Notes: generated from the sequence alone by a model not told the origin. Shown: positions 30,461 to 44,101, counted from the stretch's first letter. The stretch: 64,000 nt of DNA from Nitrosopumilaceae archaeon (GCA_965207375.1 CBDBMG010000002.1:32001-96000); one strand, 5' to 3'. Numbers and translations are program-made.

Positions 30461-31629
30461 GTATGTTATTTACGTATTTACTGTTTTATTATTACAAAGT
30501 GCATATAAATTATATACTGCAATTTATATCTATGTTTTCTTTCATTCCATGTGCTGTAGCTACGTAAGTGTTTGTGATTACCTGCTGTTTTTACTTAGTG
30601 TATTGCTTTTAATGATATAGTGGCTACATGCAGTGTACGTACTTTCTTTTATTATTTGACCTTATTACTAGGGCTGTGCAATAATGGAAAAACCTATATC
30701 TCCATAATGCTGATAATATATTACAAAATTATCTCGATAACGATAGTTATCACGATAAAATTATGATAGGGTATTATGCATATATTTTAGATTTTTGTAT
30801 ATGATATTGATACATAATTACATACACTAGAATTCATTACAATCGATTGTGGGTTTCTATTAAGAGAACAAAACTACCAAGACTTAATTTTCAATATCCT
30901 CATTATACCTTCTACGGAATCATGATGATAGCAAAGTTTTGGTCTCTTTATGCTCACCACATTTAGCTACATTGTAAAGTATCGCACTCTGCAAAGGAGG
31001 ATCAATAGTTTTGGCTTCCACAAAGCGACAATCGCATCATGGCTAAGCACGACTACCTACTGGCCAATCCGAAGGCAAGGGAGTGCAAACTTGCAGCAAG
31101 GTATGTTGAGTGTACTCACAAGGCGAGTGCAAGATTCACGCGAGTTTCTTGCAAGTAAAACGTTTGTACCCGTTACCTTGTAGCTAAGGTGTACTGCAGT
31201 TATAATACAATCAGTATACAATCAGTAGGACTATGTACGTACATATGTACTACACACATACGTAGTAATAAGTAGGGCTGTGTGATAAGTTAGATAAATC
31301 GATTATCGAGATAGTAAGTTCAAATTACCGGATACTATTGTATACGTACTACACAAAACACACAAATACATTTGTACACAGGAATTTCAGAATTGCTAGG
31401 AGATTATTATTATTATTATTTAGCTAATACTTATACGTATGTACATGTAATTACTTTGATTATTTTGTTATTGTTATTGATATTGTTGTTTACATACTAA
31501 GATTAAGCGCAATCTTTGTTTGTCCAAATGTTCGCACTACTCTATGGAACATAACATGTTGGCATACTTTGTTATATTGTTGGCATACTTTGTTAAATAG
31601 CTAATTATGATTTATACAAGGATTAATAC

Positions 31630-32370
31630 ACTGTCCTGTTAACATGCACAAAAATTTTATTTATATTGTCTTCTCCTGTAGATCAATCAACAGTACTAGT
31701 AGAGGATGGCAATGATGTAGCCTACATTGAAGTTCACAACTGTTCTCCACCTATATAGCTAACAATTATAGTAATAACACATACTTTATATGCTCATTAG
31801 CTACTTGGGGGAAATACAAGGGAAACACCCAAAGTATTAACTTGCACCTCTCCCCTATAAAATTTTATTACTCTGCATACTTTATTTAAGGTTTCTTGTC
31901 AGGACTTGTTTATAATTGTAATCTGTTTACAAAAAGCAGTGATATGCTAAACAAAAACAGCCTGGCTGTAAAAAATTGCGAGGTTAATCAGAAGCCACAA
32001 TGGTTATAAGTGACCAAAAACTCTGATATCAAGTAAGGCCAAGAAGTTGAACATTTTATTAAGAATCCTTTTACTTGAATGACATATATACAATAGTTTA
32101 CAGGGCATTTTCACAACTATAATTGGCTTGTCACTTGGCCATCTTTTTGTACCATCATCTTTAATAAGGTGGCCAAGTGACAAAGCCAATCATAGTTGTG
32201 AAAATGCCCTGTAAACTATTGTATATATGTCATTCAAGTAAAAGGATTCTTAATAAAATGTTCAACTTCTTGGCCTTACTTGATATCAGAGTTTTTGGTC
32301 GCTTATAACCATTGTGGCTTCTGATTGGCCTCGCACTTTTTTACAGCCAGGCTGTTTTTGTTTAGCATTT
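31630..32370 (+). mobile_element. Family-2 element, 5'-truncated second copy with giant palindrome (31944-32368)
   Basis: Colinear with 13403-14150 and followed by TT. Confidence 0.85.
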
Positions 32371-32565
32371 ATCTTACAAGTTTATTAATCCAGGCATGCA
32401 CCAGCTAAAGACTGAGACTTTATTGGCATTACTTTTGTCCAAAAGTCACTAGCTAAGGATAACTGTTTTATTAATAGCATAGAGCACATGTTTACACACC
32501 ACATGCACAAATGCACATATGCACATATGTACCTCCTCCTACTCTCCACTGCCATGGGGTCACAT

Positions 32566-32668
<103 letters not shown>

Positions 32669-32981
32669 CATATAGCTAGTTCTAGTTGTATGACAGTTAA
32701 TAAATTGATGTATCCTTGTGAGAATATCTGGCAAATAAGACTAATATAATTCTCTATTAGCCGTTTAGTTCATATCACCAGTTGTACGTATTTTAGTAGT
32801 GATAGTGACATGCAAGTGACAGTATATTCAAAAAGAAGACAGGCCTACTAAGAATTTCAGCATTATTACGAAGGCATCAGAGTATAATTTTAAATCTGCG
32901 TACATGTGTGTTGCTGTGTGTTGCTATGTGTTCCATAGTGATGGGTCACTGTAAGTGTGACTTCCTAATGACATCATTATA

Positions 32982-34062
32982 TCATTAAATATGGTAGTAC
33001 TTAATAGTAGGGATTGGTAAGAAATTGTACGGCCTCAGGAAAATTTTGCGCTTTAAAAATCAACCTTGCAATAGGCTTTACACGAAAAAACTAGCTGGAA
33101 TGCATTGGTAAGGCTGTAATGATGCTGTTCCTTGGTTAAACGAAACGACAAGTCGAATATTTCGACCTACAGCCAACTTTGAAAATTTCGAAATTCACCT
33201 GCATTTCGTCTGACTGCCGGACGGACGGACGGACAGCCAGCCTGCCGTAAGACCAGGTGTAGGGCTCCAGAAATTTCACACAATAAAGGTAATGACGGCG
33301 AATTTACGAAAATGTTATTCCGAAGACGATTTACCCACTGTGCCATGGCGATTCCCTTTATCCTTCATTCCTTTCCTTGTTCTTCTTTATTCCTTAGCAA
33401 GGTGCGAATTTCACCGAAGGTGACGATAGCCTGTAACGGCTTCTGCTTATTGCGTCACACAAAAACCTGGCTTGCACGTGATATAATTAGTTACAGTGGC
33501 ACGATGTTTTCGCGTGTACTTTATTACATCGTGAACTTCGAGATTATAGCCTTGGACAAATAGCTTTTGCTGTTTTTCGAGCGTTATTTGCTATCACACA
33601 GCTGCTTTGCCATGTCAGCGCGTTGTTAACAAGCGCCTGTAAACAAGCATAATTATTACGTAAGCGCCTGTAACATTTTGTGCGCCTGCTAAAAGATTAT
33701 TGAATGCTTAGCATGTATAAAAAGTAAACAAACTAGAATGATAAAAAATTAAAAATTTAAAAAGTAAGTAGGGATTGAATTTTGGATTCAATAGTGCTAC
33801 AAAAAGTAAGGAAACAAGGAATAAGATTTTGGGACGAGAAAACATTCTGGCATGAGATAATTTATAAAAGTTTAATCCCTACTTTTGGCAAACCTACTGA
33901 AGTGAGCCAAAAGTAGGGATTAAACTTTTATAAATTATCTAATGCCAGAATGTTCTCTCGTCCCAAAATCTTATTCCTTGTTTCCTTACTTTTTGTAGCA
34001 CTATTGAATCCAAAGTTCAATCCCTACTTACTTTTTAAATTTTTAATTTTTTATCATTCTAG
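32982..34062 (+). mobile_element. Helitron-like non-autonomous element (family 1, copy B, complete)
   Basis: A|TC...CTAG|T with no TSD. Internal GGAC repeat. 3' palindrome at 33733-34062 with 157-bp arms and a 16-bp loop. Confidence 0.88.
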
Positions 34063-34234
34063 TATTTATAACAATATGTATAGCAGTAGATTAACAGTAG
34101 TTTAACTTGTGTACCATTTGGTTTGTAGATGATAAATACTAACCTGTTCCTCAAACTCTGTTCTTCATTCCAACTTCTCTAGAGCTATATGCTGAGAGAT
34201 TGTAGGCATGCCAATTACATTAATAACTCTAAAT

Positions 34235-35825
34235 ATTATTATTATTAAAATTTAAGGATTAAAGGCACAGCCTGTACAATCCTGAAAATAACTGATTAGC
34301 TAATAAATGTTACAATATAATTAATCACTTATATAATGTTTATAAGACCAAAAAGAATCCAAAGAGTTTTTGAATGAATTTACAGTTGCTGACTCCACCA
34401 CACTCGCTGGCAAACTGTTCCAATTGTTTATAGTTCTCAAAGTAAAAAAGTTTACACGACAGAAGCGTTTTGCATGTGGCTTATAGATTTTGTAGTTATG
34501 GCCCCTGGTGGTAGTATATGTTTGATATCTGAAAAAATCATTGATATCAATATTAAAATGTTGGTTAATTAACTGATATAAGAATATTAAATCTCCCCTT
34601 TGACGTCTGTACACAAGTGATGGCAAGGATAGCTTGGATAATCGTTCTTGATAAGAGTCATGCCTTAACTCAGGAATCAACTTTGTTGCTCTGTGCTGTA
34701 TTTTCTCAATAGCTTGTTGGTCTGTAACATAATGGGGTCCCCAAATAACATTACCATATTCTATGATAGGTCGTATCAATGATTTGTATAGGCAAAGCAT
34801 TGTATCAGCATTAATGTACTCAAAGGATCTACGAATGATCCCAAGAAGTTTATTTGCTTTATTTACAGCAGTTGAACATTGTTTATGAAACGTAAATTTA
34901 TTATCAATCAAAATACCAAGGTCTTTCTCAGCATCAGAAACAGTAATAAAGTCTCCCCCAAGTCTATATTGTCTATAATGCTGATTAGAACCAATATGCA
35001 ATACCTTACATTTGTCCACATTAAAATAAAGTTGCCATTCACAAGACCATAGAAATAGATTATTGAGATCTTGTTGTAATTGTAGATAATCATCATCCGA
35101 CTGGATTGTGCGGTATATTTTTGCATCATCAGCAAATAATACTAATTCACTCTGTACAACTGATGGTAGATCATTAATAAATATGTTAAAGAGGAGAGGC
35201 CCTAAAATGGAGCCTTGCGGGACACCACTTGTAACTGAGGTCCAACTAGATGATTCATTATTTAATACCACCTTTTGTTTTCTCCCAGTAAAATAATTGT
35301 ATAACCAGTTGTAAAGTTTACCACCAATACCATAAGCTTGTAGTTTACTAAGGAGACGGGTATGAGGAACGGAATCAAATGCTTTTTTGAAATCTAAATA
35401 TATAATATCAACAGGAATTCTTTGTTCAAGTGCCTTAGTCCAGTAATCCATAGCAATTAACAACTGAGTGGTGCAAGATCTGCCAGGCATAAATCCATGC
35501 TGATTTACACTAAGAAGATGATTAGAGTTCAAATGATCATAAATTTCATCTTTAATAATTGATTCCATAAGCCTAACAATAGAGGAGGTTAAACTTATTG
35601 GTCGATAGTTATTGGGTAGATGACGGTTTCCTTTCTTAAAAATTGGTGTTACATGGGCGGATTTCCAGTCCTGTGGTAATAAGCCTGTTTCAAGAGATTG
35701 TGTAAATAATATCGAAAGTGGTATACATATTTGCTCAGCTGTTTCTCTGAGAGCAATCAGTGGCCAGCCTTCAGGGCCTGGTGATTTTCCTGGATTGATG
35801 TCAAGTAGCTTTTTATGTACAATCA
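34235..35825 (-). mobile_element. 5'-truncated CR1/L2-group LINE; RT ORF 34321-35835 is open
   Basis: Motifs PGPEG, NYRPISLTS, QHGF, YLDFKKAFDSVPH, SGVPQGSILGP, LFADD, RGDLI, TRGH. Short (TAA)n tail. Confidence 0.95.
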
Positions 35826-36223
35826 AACAAAGCAACAGTATACACTTTAGTAATGTAAAAAATTAAAACCCACAATCAATTGTATATGCAATGTTTAACT
35901 ATTTTGACATTTGTCAAATGCATAATACAGCTACCTAACAATGCATATAAGCTATGTATACTAAGTACTAAAGACTTCCAACTATTGGTGTGTAAATTTA
36001 AACCCACAATTATTTGTTATAAATGCTACTATAAAACTAGCTAGTAAACTTCAACAACAACGGTAACTTAATAGTATGGCAACAAAGTGATTGCTAGCAT
36101 AAGAAATTCATGTAACTGTTTGGAAAACCTTCTTTAATTTCAAAGAGGCTTGATATCTTGCATATCTTGCATATCATATTAGATCACATTACCATGTAGG
36201 TCACTAATGTAAATGTGTAATGA

Positions 36224-36470
36224 TTTTATTAAACCAGGCGCGCACCGGCCTTTAGGTTTCTTAAAATTAATATCGTGCAGACGTCGGTATGCATGTGTGT
36301 GTCTGTGTGTGTCCGCCCCCGGGCTATTAAAAACTATTCACGTGAAATGAAGTCTGAATAACCTATCAAACAAGTCCTACTTTCTCTGTATGGCACTTGC
36401 TATCGATACTGTTTATGGGCGGGGCCTTAGTTACGAAGCGCGTCGTAAGTTACTTCCAAAGAAGAGCAAG
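36224..36470 (+). mobile_element. Helentron/HINE-like 5' fragment
   Basis: TTTTATTAAACCAGGCGCGC.. start, partial fold-back ggtttc, then a GT/GTCT microsatellite. CpG-rich. Confidence 0.4.
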
Positions 36471-36472
36471 CT

Positions 36473-36800
36473 TATATGGTTTGTGTAATCGTCCATGTCA
36501 CGATAAGTGAACGGCGTAGATTACAGCGCGTTCTTATATGGTTTGTGTAATCGTCCATGTCACGATAAGTGAACGGCGTAGATTACAGTGCTTCCATATA
36601 TGGTTTGGTGTTATCGTTCATGCCACGATAAGTGAACGGCGTAGATTACAGTTCTTCCATATATAGTTTGGTGTTATCGTCCATGCCACGATAAGTGAAC
36701 GGTGTAGATTACAGGGTGTGGTGTTATCGTTCATGCCACGATAAGTGAACGGCGTAGATTACAGTGCTTCCATTATGGTTCGTCCGACGTCCATGCCACG
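36473..36800. repeat. Tandem repeat with a unit of about 62 bp (about 5 copies)
   Basis: Unit tatatggtttgtgtaatcgtccatgtcacgataagtgaacggcgtagattacag. Confidence 0.92.
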
Positions 36801-37153
36801 TTTTGTACGTGTGCGTTGTTTAGAAAAAATGAAACGTGAAGAGAGGTTGCAGCGACGAATAGACCTTTACAGACAACGAAGGGACAAGGAAACGGAGGAA
36901 GAAAGACAAGGAGAGGTTCATGTGTTACACTATGTCTTGAAGTCTCTACTCTCAGACACAGTACACAGGTTAAAATACAAGACTCGCTTAGTCAGCATAT
37001 TATATCAAGTGTTAAAATGTGTGTTAAGTGTTAATTGCTATGATCTATTGTACTACACATGCATACGTCACTATATGCAACTTACTGAATGATTAATTGA
37101 ACAATTAAAATTACGATCAGGCTCGCCCCTCGATGCTGTTAGCATCTGTCTAG
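36473..37153 (+). mobile_element. Internally deleted Helitron with a canonical 3' end
   Basis: Short hairpin GATGCT-GTT-AGCATC followed by tgtCTAG|T at 37150-37154. Upstream peptide REERLQRR..YRQRRDKETEEERQ resembles the STPR-like repeats of RepHel N-termini. Confidence 0.6.
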
Positions 37154-37706
37154 TATAAAAGAAGAGGAGAATATCCTACTCTGTAATAGCCTGTACAAAT
37201 GCGTATTGCAAAGTTATGACGTAACAGTAATAATCACCTTCGAAATGTTAAGTGATTGCACAACATTTTAAGAAAGATATCAATACTTTGTTCGTCACGT
37301 GAGTCCAATAGAGATGTTCAAGATTATATAGTTTTACAGGAAAGAAATTCCATATTTCAACAATTTGGCAGCTCAACTACCCAGGAAAAGGCTAAAGAGG
37401 CAGGCTATTTGCTGTGATCCTGTGTTGTTTGCTGACTTCACAGATGCATCATCGTTGTTATTGCTGGGGTCGCTACAACCCGAGAAATATCGCTTGGCTT
37501 CTTCAAAGCAAGCAGGATTCTTTGTGCAGGTATCGTCTGTTAGGGCCTTCTATTCTATTCAATCAATATCAATACCTTTAACACATCTTGAATACTGGTG
37601 TTACACCTGAGGTGTTAAGAACGTTTAATGAAACACAAGAAACATTTTGCAATACGTGTTTGTACAGGCTATTACAGAGTAGGATACTCTCCTCTCCTAT
37701 TATACT
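37152..37706. mobile_element. MITE with TIRs of about 55 bp
   Basis: agaggagaatatcctactctgtaatagcctgtacaaa / tttgtacaggctattacagagtaggatactctcctct. Confidence 0.8.
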
Positions 37707-38387
37707 GTGAACTCTTGACCAGACCCTTTCGGGAGTGGGCACTTATAATCTCCTATTGATAAGTGCCCTGCGGAGAAATTGGGTCTGGTTCCATGGTTCA
37801 AGTTATGAGACTAGAATGGACAGGTAGAATTTGCAAAGATAGGTTACTTTTATCCAATAAATCTCTGAAGAGCCAACCTAGTATATGATAACAAAAATGA
37901 ACTCTCACTGGTAGTACAGCAATGTTACTTTGTCCTGGAGATAAAATTTAAAAGGTGCGAATTTCACCCTTTATAATAACACAGATAGTCCCCAAGTTAA
38001 TATCACATTGTGAAACATATCTAATGGCGTTTAGTGATTTTTCAGATGTATAACATGAGTATGTACCATACAATGTCGTGAACCTTTGAGGCGAAATGCG
38101 GAAACACCTGTAATACATTGTAGCTCTTGGTAATATAACGTGCGTTTTTCAAATACTATAATTATGTCGATGGTGACAGTGCTAACAAACCCTGTATCCG
38201 TATCTGGGTCAGAAGTCTGCAAGGAAGTCTGCTGACTCGCTGTGGAAAGAGGGATCCTGAAAGTTGGTATCCATGTCTTGACACACAACGCACAGCTGCA
38301 CACTATACACCAGGAATATCAGTAATAAAATACCTATCGTTTACTTCAACTTACCAGGTAAATAACCAACGTTAGAATACTTCAGTC

Positions 38388-38600
38388 CGGGGGGTCTGTC
38401 ACGGATAAGAATCTCGTACGCCTTTTTGAGATTCTGGAATCTGGAATCTTGCCTTGGCAGGAAAACTCTGTATACCTTAGGATATTTTAGGATTTTATAT
38501 TTCAATTACCATGAAATCTTATTTGGAATCTGGAATCTTTGTCAAAAAACTGTGGGATTCAGAATCTCGTACAGAAATTTAGTTGGTGTCCGACCCCTCG
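38388..38600. mobile_element. MITE with CG(A)GGGGTC ends and an 8-bp TSD
   Basis: TSD CTTCAGTC on both sides. The ends are related to those of 44776-45220. Confidence 0.75.
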
Positions 38601-38863
38601 CTTCAGTCTCTACAATCATTCGAAACCGATATGAATAGAGGTTTTGCAGGGCGCCTGCTTCAACTTGAATGGCTTCAGAATTTGACGATTATTTTAGGAT
38701 TCTCTCGTTTATTCTTTGCTATGAAACATTTATTCCGCCATTTTGTATAGAGCTTATTCAGGGGGTGTGTCGTTCGTAGTTAAACGCACAGTGCTTAATT
38801 CTATTTAAGCGCCGTCGGCCATTTTGAGTGTATTCTAGTACGAGTGTATTGCAACAGATAATT

Positions 38864-40531
38864 ATTATTATTATTATTATTATTATTGGGTTTGTCAAAG
38901 ACAGGGGGCACAGAAGGCTATAAAGCCTATAGGAGTGCACCCTAATTACAAGATACATACAATTACAAAGCAACAAATACAACAAACACTAAATTACGTA
39001 GCTATAATATAATGCAAACATACAATTACAAGAACAATACAGAATACACCAAAAAAATAAAACAAATTAGGTACATCTAAGAATCTACACATAAAAATTT
39101 ATACACAGAAGAACGAAAAATATTACGACTGGAAACAGATACAATAGAAAAAGGTAGTCTATTCCAAATAAAAATAAGATTAACAAAAAAGGAGTAACGA
39201 TAAGCATTAACCACTGACTGTTTACAAACTAGTGTCATTGGGTGAGACTTGGTGGAGGATGTATTAAATTGAAAATAATCAAAAAAAGACATAGCAAATC
39301 TGTTGTGAAATAGATCAAATAAAAACAATAAACAAGAAACGGTAAGTCTAGTCATAATAGATGGCCAGCCAAGTCTAGAGATGCAAATGTCAGAGGTAGG
39401 GTCCCATGAACAACATGACGGGTCAAGCCGACTATTACATATCCAACGGGCAGCACGCTTCTGGATTGACTCAAGAACCAGAATATCCTTCTGATAGTGA
39501 GGTAGCCAAACCTGATAGGAATATAGGAACATTGGAAGGATCAAAGCACAGTATGCATGAGACTTAGCAACTGAAGAGCAGCAGTACAATTTTCTCCTCA
39601 ATAAATTCAAGACTCCAGTTGCCCTAGAACAAACACTCTTGCAATGATCAGACCAAGTTAAACGACTATTAATAACAACACCCAGGTATCGGACAGATTC
39701 ACTCCATTTAAGAGAATAGTTAGAGCATTGATATGTAAAATGAATTGGCAAACGCTTATTAGTAATACAAAGAGCCTCACACTTATGTGGTTGCAGTGAC
39801 ATCTGCCAACGTGAACACCACTGCATAAAGGAATCTAGATTGCTCTGAAGAAAACTACAATCATCATATGAAACAATTCGATGATATAGTGTAACATCAT
39901 CAGCATACATTTTGTAGTCACACGTAATAACATTATCCAGATCATTCATATACACAATAAACAACAGTGGGCCCAGAATGGAACCTTGAGGTACCCCAGA
40001 AGTCACTGGAAGCCAATTGGAGTAAATGCCATTTAATACTACTCTCTGTCTGCGAGTAGTCAGATAATTTCTAAACCAGAGTAACAAAGAGCCACCAACA
40101 CCAAACAATTGTAATTTCAAAAGCAATCGTTCATGAGGAATTGAGTCAAAAGCTTTAGACATATCTAAAAATAAACAATGAACACTCTGGTGGGAATTTA
40201 ATGTATTGCCCCAATCATTAACAGCAGAAAGGAGAAGAGTTGTGGTGGATCGTTGACGGCGAAAGCCATATTGGTGGTTGCTCAATAACTTGTTTTCTTC
40301 TAGCATTGAATACAGTTTAGCATGAACAATCTTTTCCAGCACCTTTGAAAGGATACAAGTTAGACTAATGGGGCGATAATTAGATACACAATGTTTATCA
40401 CCTTTCTTATAAACAGGACAAATGTTGGCACTCACCCAGTCCAATGGTAAAACAGAATCCTGAAGGGATTTGTTAAATAGATCAGCCAAAGACGATGACA
40501 ATTGTGCAGCTCCTTCTTTTAGTAAACGGGC
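38864..40531 (-). mobile_element. 5'-truncated CR1/L2-group LINE; RT ORF open to 39077
   Basis: Motifs NYRPISLT, QYGFR, FLDMSKAFD, SGVPQGSILGP, YADD, YLGV. (TAA)n tail at about 38861-38887. Apparent 10-bp TSD ACAGATAATT at 38854-38863 and 40532-40541. Confidence 0.95.
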
Positions 40532-40543
40532 ACAGATAATTTC

Positions 40544-40715
40544 ATGGCTGGTTCGGCTATTCAGTACTCTAACTACTACAGTGAGTTAGAAGGTGAAGCG
40601 AAATCCAGATATGAGCAAGAGGATGCTTGGTCGTGTGGATCCCTATTCAGTGTCGCCTGGAAGGCAGCACCAGTAGCTCTTCCTCAGTGGAATGGTATGA
40701 ATGGAACCGAACTAC
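40544..40715 (+). pseudogene. Truncated N-terminus of a DNA-transposon accessory ORF (ISL2EU/Kolobok-associated style)
   Basis: MAGSAIQYSNYYSELEGEAKSRYEQ then, after frameshifts, MLGRVDPY..VEWYEW. This fits a Y..L....K.RY..K.....DPY pattern recalled from such elements. Confidence 0.4.
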
Positions 40716-40791
40716 AATTAAATTTTTTTATGAAACCGAATCCCACAATCGGCCATCCTATATACTACCCTACAACAATGATTTGTGTTAA

Positions 40792-40920
<129 letters not shown>

Positions 40921-43109
40921 TATTATTATATACTTTCCATAGACAAGTCAGCCATAGGATAAAATCCAACATAAATACTGTATGGTAAAAATGGTCAGCT
41001 AAAATATCCTACACATGCACTTTAGTGAAGTGTACGTATATACAGAAGAAATACTAATATTATATTATCAAATGCTTTAGTGATGCGTACCCCATGCAAA
41101 TGCTAATTGTTGATGTCTCCAATATATAGTTGTTGCATTGTAGTAGTTGTTAGGCACTGGAGTATACTTCTACTAATGTTATTAATTTAGTTGTACACAT
41201 CACAATACTCCTGGTTGCTTCATAGATGTTACAGGGTGTATTTCAAGTTTTATGTGCATTCTTAGTAGCACTTTCATTTAGGTCTTATTGTCAAACTATG
41301 TTTACGGTCTCAGTGTTTCTCCGCAAAATACACAAAATACAATATAATTATTTTGACTAGCAAGTTCTACTATAGTAGTACTTCCTACATGTACAGTAAA
41401 GTGTATGAGACTGGTCATGGCTTAAATTTTGGTGATAAGGTGAACTATGCTGAGTTGGATGTATGGTTACATACATAATAGCCATCTATCTTTTGCATGG
41501 TTCATCCTATGACCTGTAAGCCAATTTGACAGATTTTATGCATGTCATCAAGAGTAAATAATGTAGAGGAGAGTATCCAACTGCCATACACTGCAGGCCA
41601 TTAAGTATATCTGTGTATGCTAGTAAAATTGTGCCACGTGTCAAATAAGTGTGTTTAACACATTCTTTGACAAGGTAACTGTACTTAATGAGCTCATTTT
41701 TGATGGAACATATGACAGTTAGATACTCTCCTACCATCTAAATCCAAGCACTCACTGTAAAACAACCATGTACAATTTACATTTGTCATGTAACACAATT
41801 AATTTTTATGTAATAGCCAGCTAGTTACTTTTGTACCTAGCCGTTTTTGTACTGATTTTACTATATTATGGCTCAGTCATATATAAGTGGGTGAACAGGA
41901 TGACTTGGTCCTTGCATGAAATGATAATTTAATTAAAGTTAATGAGCCAGAAATCCTACGAATGTATGCGTTTTAGGTCACATTATTAACACAAAAATAT
42001 TTTAGCCTTAACAACCCTCATCATAATTATGCTATGCCAACTAATAGTCCTATGGTATTTAATGAGTACATGCTAGTAGCTTCTTCCCTCTTGACAGAAA
42101 TGATGGTGCCTTTTGAAAATAAGTCACAAATCTGATTAGCTTAATTAGCTATAAATATTCTATAGCTGTATCCATAACAGTTGAACATCTGTTGTTTAGA
42201 TGCTTTATATTAACCACAATGCTTTCATGTGTAATAGCCTCCCATGCAAAGCAAGACCACTTTCTAGGCTACAACTTGAAGAAGTCACACTACATACCTA
42301 TATAGGAAGTGTACTGCATTCACAGTAGTCAAGCAAATGTCCATTTTCAACCTTTATTGTATAAGCATTGGTGTGATTCAGCAAAACTGTCATTGTGTTC
42401 TTGACCAAATTTCCACTATTATGAACCATCATGATTTTCAACCATGCCTATTTTCTAGGTGCTTTGCTCATTGCATATAAATGCATTATAAAAATACAAA
42501 ATTAAAATTACTGGCTATAGTGGTTTGTGTTTTTCTAACTAATTATGCCAATTTATAACTGTCATATTCAATAACTCAATAATTCAATAACTGCCATATT
42601 CACACAGGTCAGAACCTAAGTTGGCGTTCACTTGAATTTCCTGTTCAGCCATGGATTCCCCACTAATTTGTAGCAAAAATGTAGAGGGAAACTTTATGGT
42701 GGGTGCAAACTTTGGCAAATTCACTACAAAAACACTTTTGACGAAATAAACTTATTTGAATGTTTATAATGTTATTTAGTATCGAGCAAAGTATTTTGCC
42801 TGAAGAAACTTTGGTGAATTTATGGTCATTCACCAAATCCGCTAATGTCCAAAATTTCCCTCCATACAGTATAATCGAATTACATGCCAACTATAAAATG
42901 TATGACTATGCAATTTGATTACTCCCATTGTCCTGTAATCACTAGCAGGTTTGTATGGCATTGGGTAGTTTATACTTCTGAATGAATGCAAATGTACCAC
43001 TATAATATAGTATTTAGAGGTAGCTACATATCATGTTATAAATATATGATAATTACAATAATTTATAATTAACAATTTATTTTTTTAATTTTAAATGCCA
43101 CCATTTCTA

Positions 43110-44067
43110 TAAAACTAGGTTACGTAACTTACTAACTATATTACCATTACAATTACAAAAATGTCCATCCTTATTTGATCTAAAATATAACCTACATTTT
43201 ACAGGGTATGCTAATTTACGTCCAGTATTATAGTCGTCATCATCCCTATAGTCACTAAAACATTGGTCCCATCCCTCTTTAAAGTATTTCCTGTCAAAAT
43301 CATTATAATACAGTGTTGTTTTGTCTTTAAAAAGAAACCTAAATACATCGTGACGAAAATTTAAATTAATGGTAAAATCTCTACAGGACCCCCTCCTAAG
43401 TGACTTGTCTAGTTCAACAGTAAATGTACCTACATTGTCCTGTATAACGTCACTTCGAGGTGTGGGTGCATGATAATATCTGTGAGAAGTAAGTAGTATT
43501 TAATATATAATATTATGCATGATACACATGACTGTACCTTTTAACTGACTCTGTTACATATAAGACTGTATCCAAGAAGCATCTTCTTTGGGATAGCCTT
43601 TCCATAACAGTAAATACTCTGTGATGCCCCTCTGTGTATATATACCAGCTGCATGGTTGATATTATCATACGTATATAATTACCTTTGTTCTCTTATCCA
43701 TTGCTCTTTCCACTATGTATACATTAGGATCCTTAAACTTAGTATCATTGTTATCACCATTATCATCATCTTCATCATTATCCTCATTATCACCATTGTC
43801 ATCAACATCATTAACATCATCATCATAAATAACCAAATGTTACATATATGTACCACTGTCAGTATAAACACACAGTCAACCATGCAATAGTTATGTAATC
43901 AATTAAGCAGTTTATCACAGATATCATGCATATAGACATTGATACCTGTATAATATAGTATCATAATACTGATACCTTTACTATTGGTATACCTCTAATA
44001 AATAAACAAATAATTATATTAAAGTAACGTACTCCATCTTCTTCTTCACACTTTGATCTGCTTTCAT
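43110..44067 (-). pseudogene. Spliced chromodomain-protein gene with an acidic tract and an uncharacterised C-terminal domain; frameshifted
   Basis: Exons at about 44032-44067, about 43684-43835, 43538-43631 and 43479 to about 43110. They read DDD..-rich tract, PNVYIVERAMDKRTK|RGITEYLLLWKGYPKEDASWI (chromodomain with Y/W/Y cage residues), then YYHAPTP..NFRHDVFRFLF..EGWDQ..GRKLAYPVKCRL. Frameshifts near 43560 and 43310. Confidence 0.8.
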
Positions 44068-44101
44068 CCTGATAGAACATGCAATTATATGACATGAATT
44101 C

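Noticed and set aside
33312-33563. Repeated small ORF (LFRRRFTHCAMAIPF, also at 45179-45469 and 22825-23007)
   Set aside because: It recurs only because it lies in family-1 element copies. Lengths and frames differ between copies and there is no recognisable domain.
36473-36800. CRISPR-like repeat array
   Set aside because: The units are contiguous tandem copies without unique spacers, there are no cas genes, and the context is eukaryotic.
37850-38745. Possible THAP or transposase gene divergent from the 40544 remnant
   Set aside because: Splice-like signals are present, but I could not recover a convincing conserved peptide.
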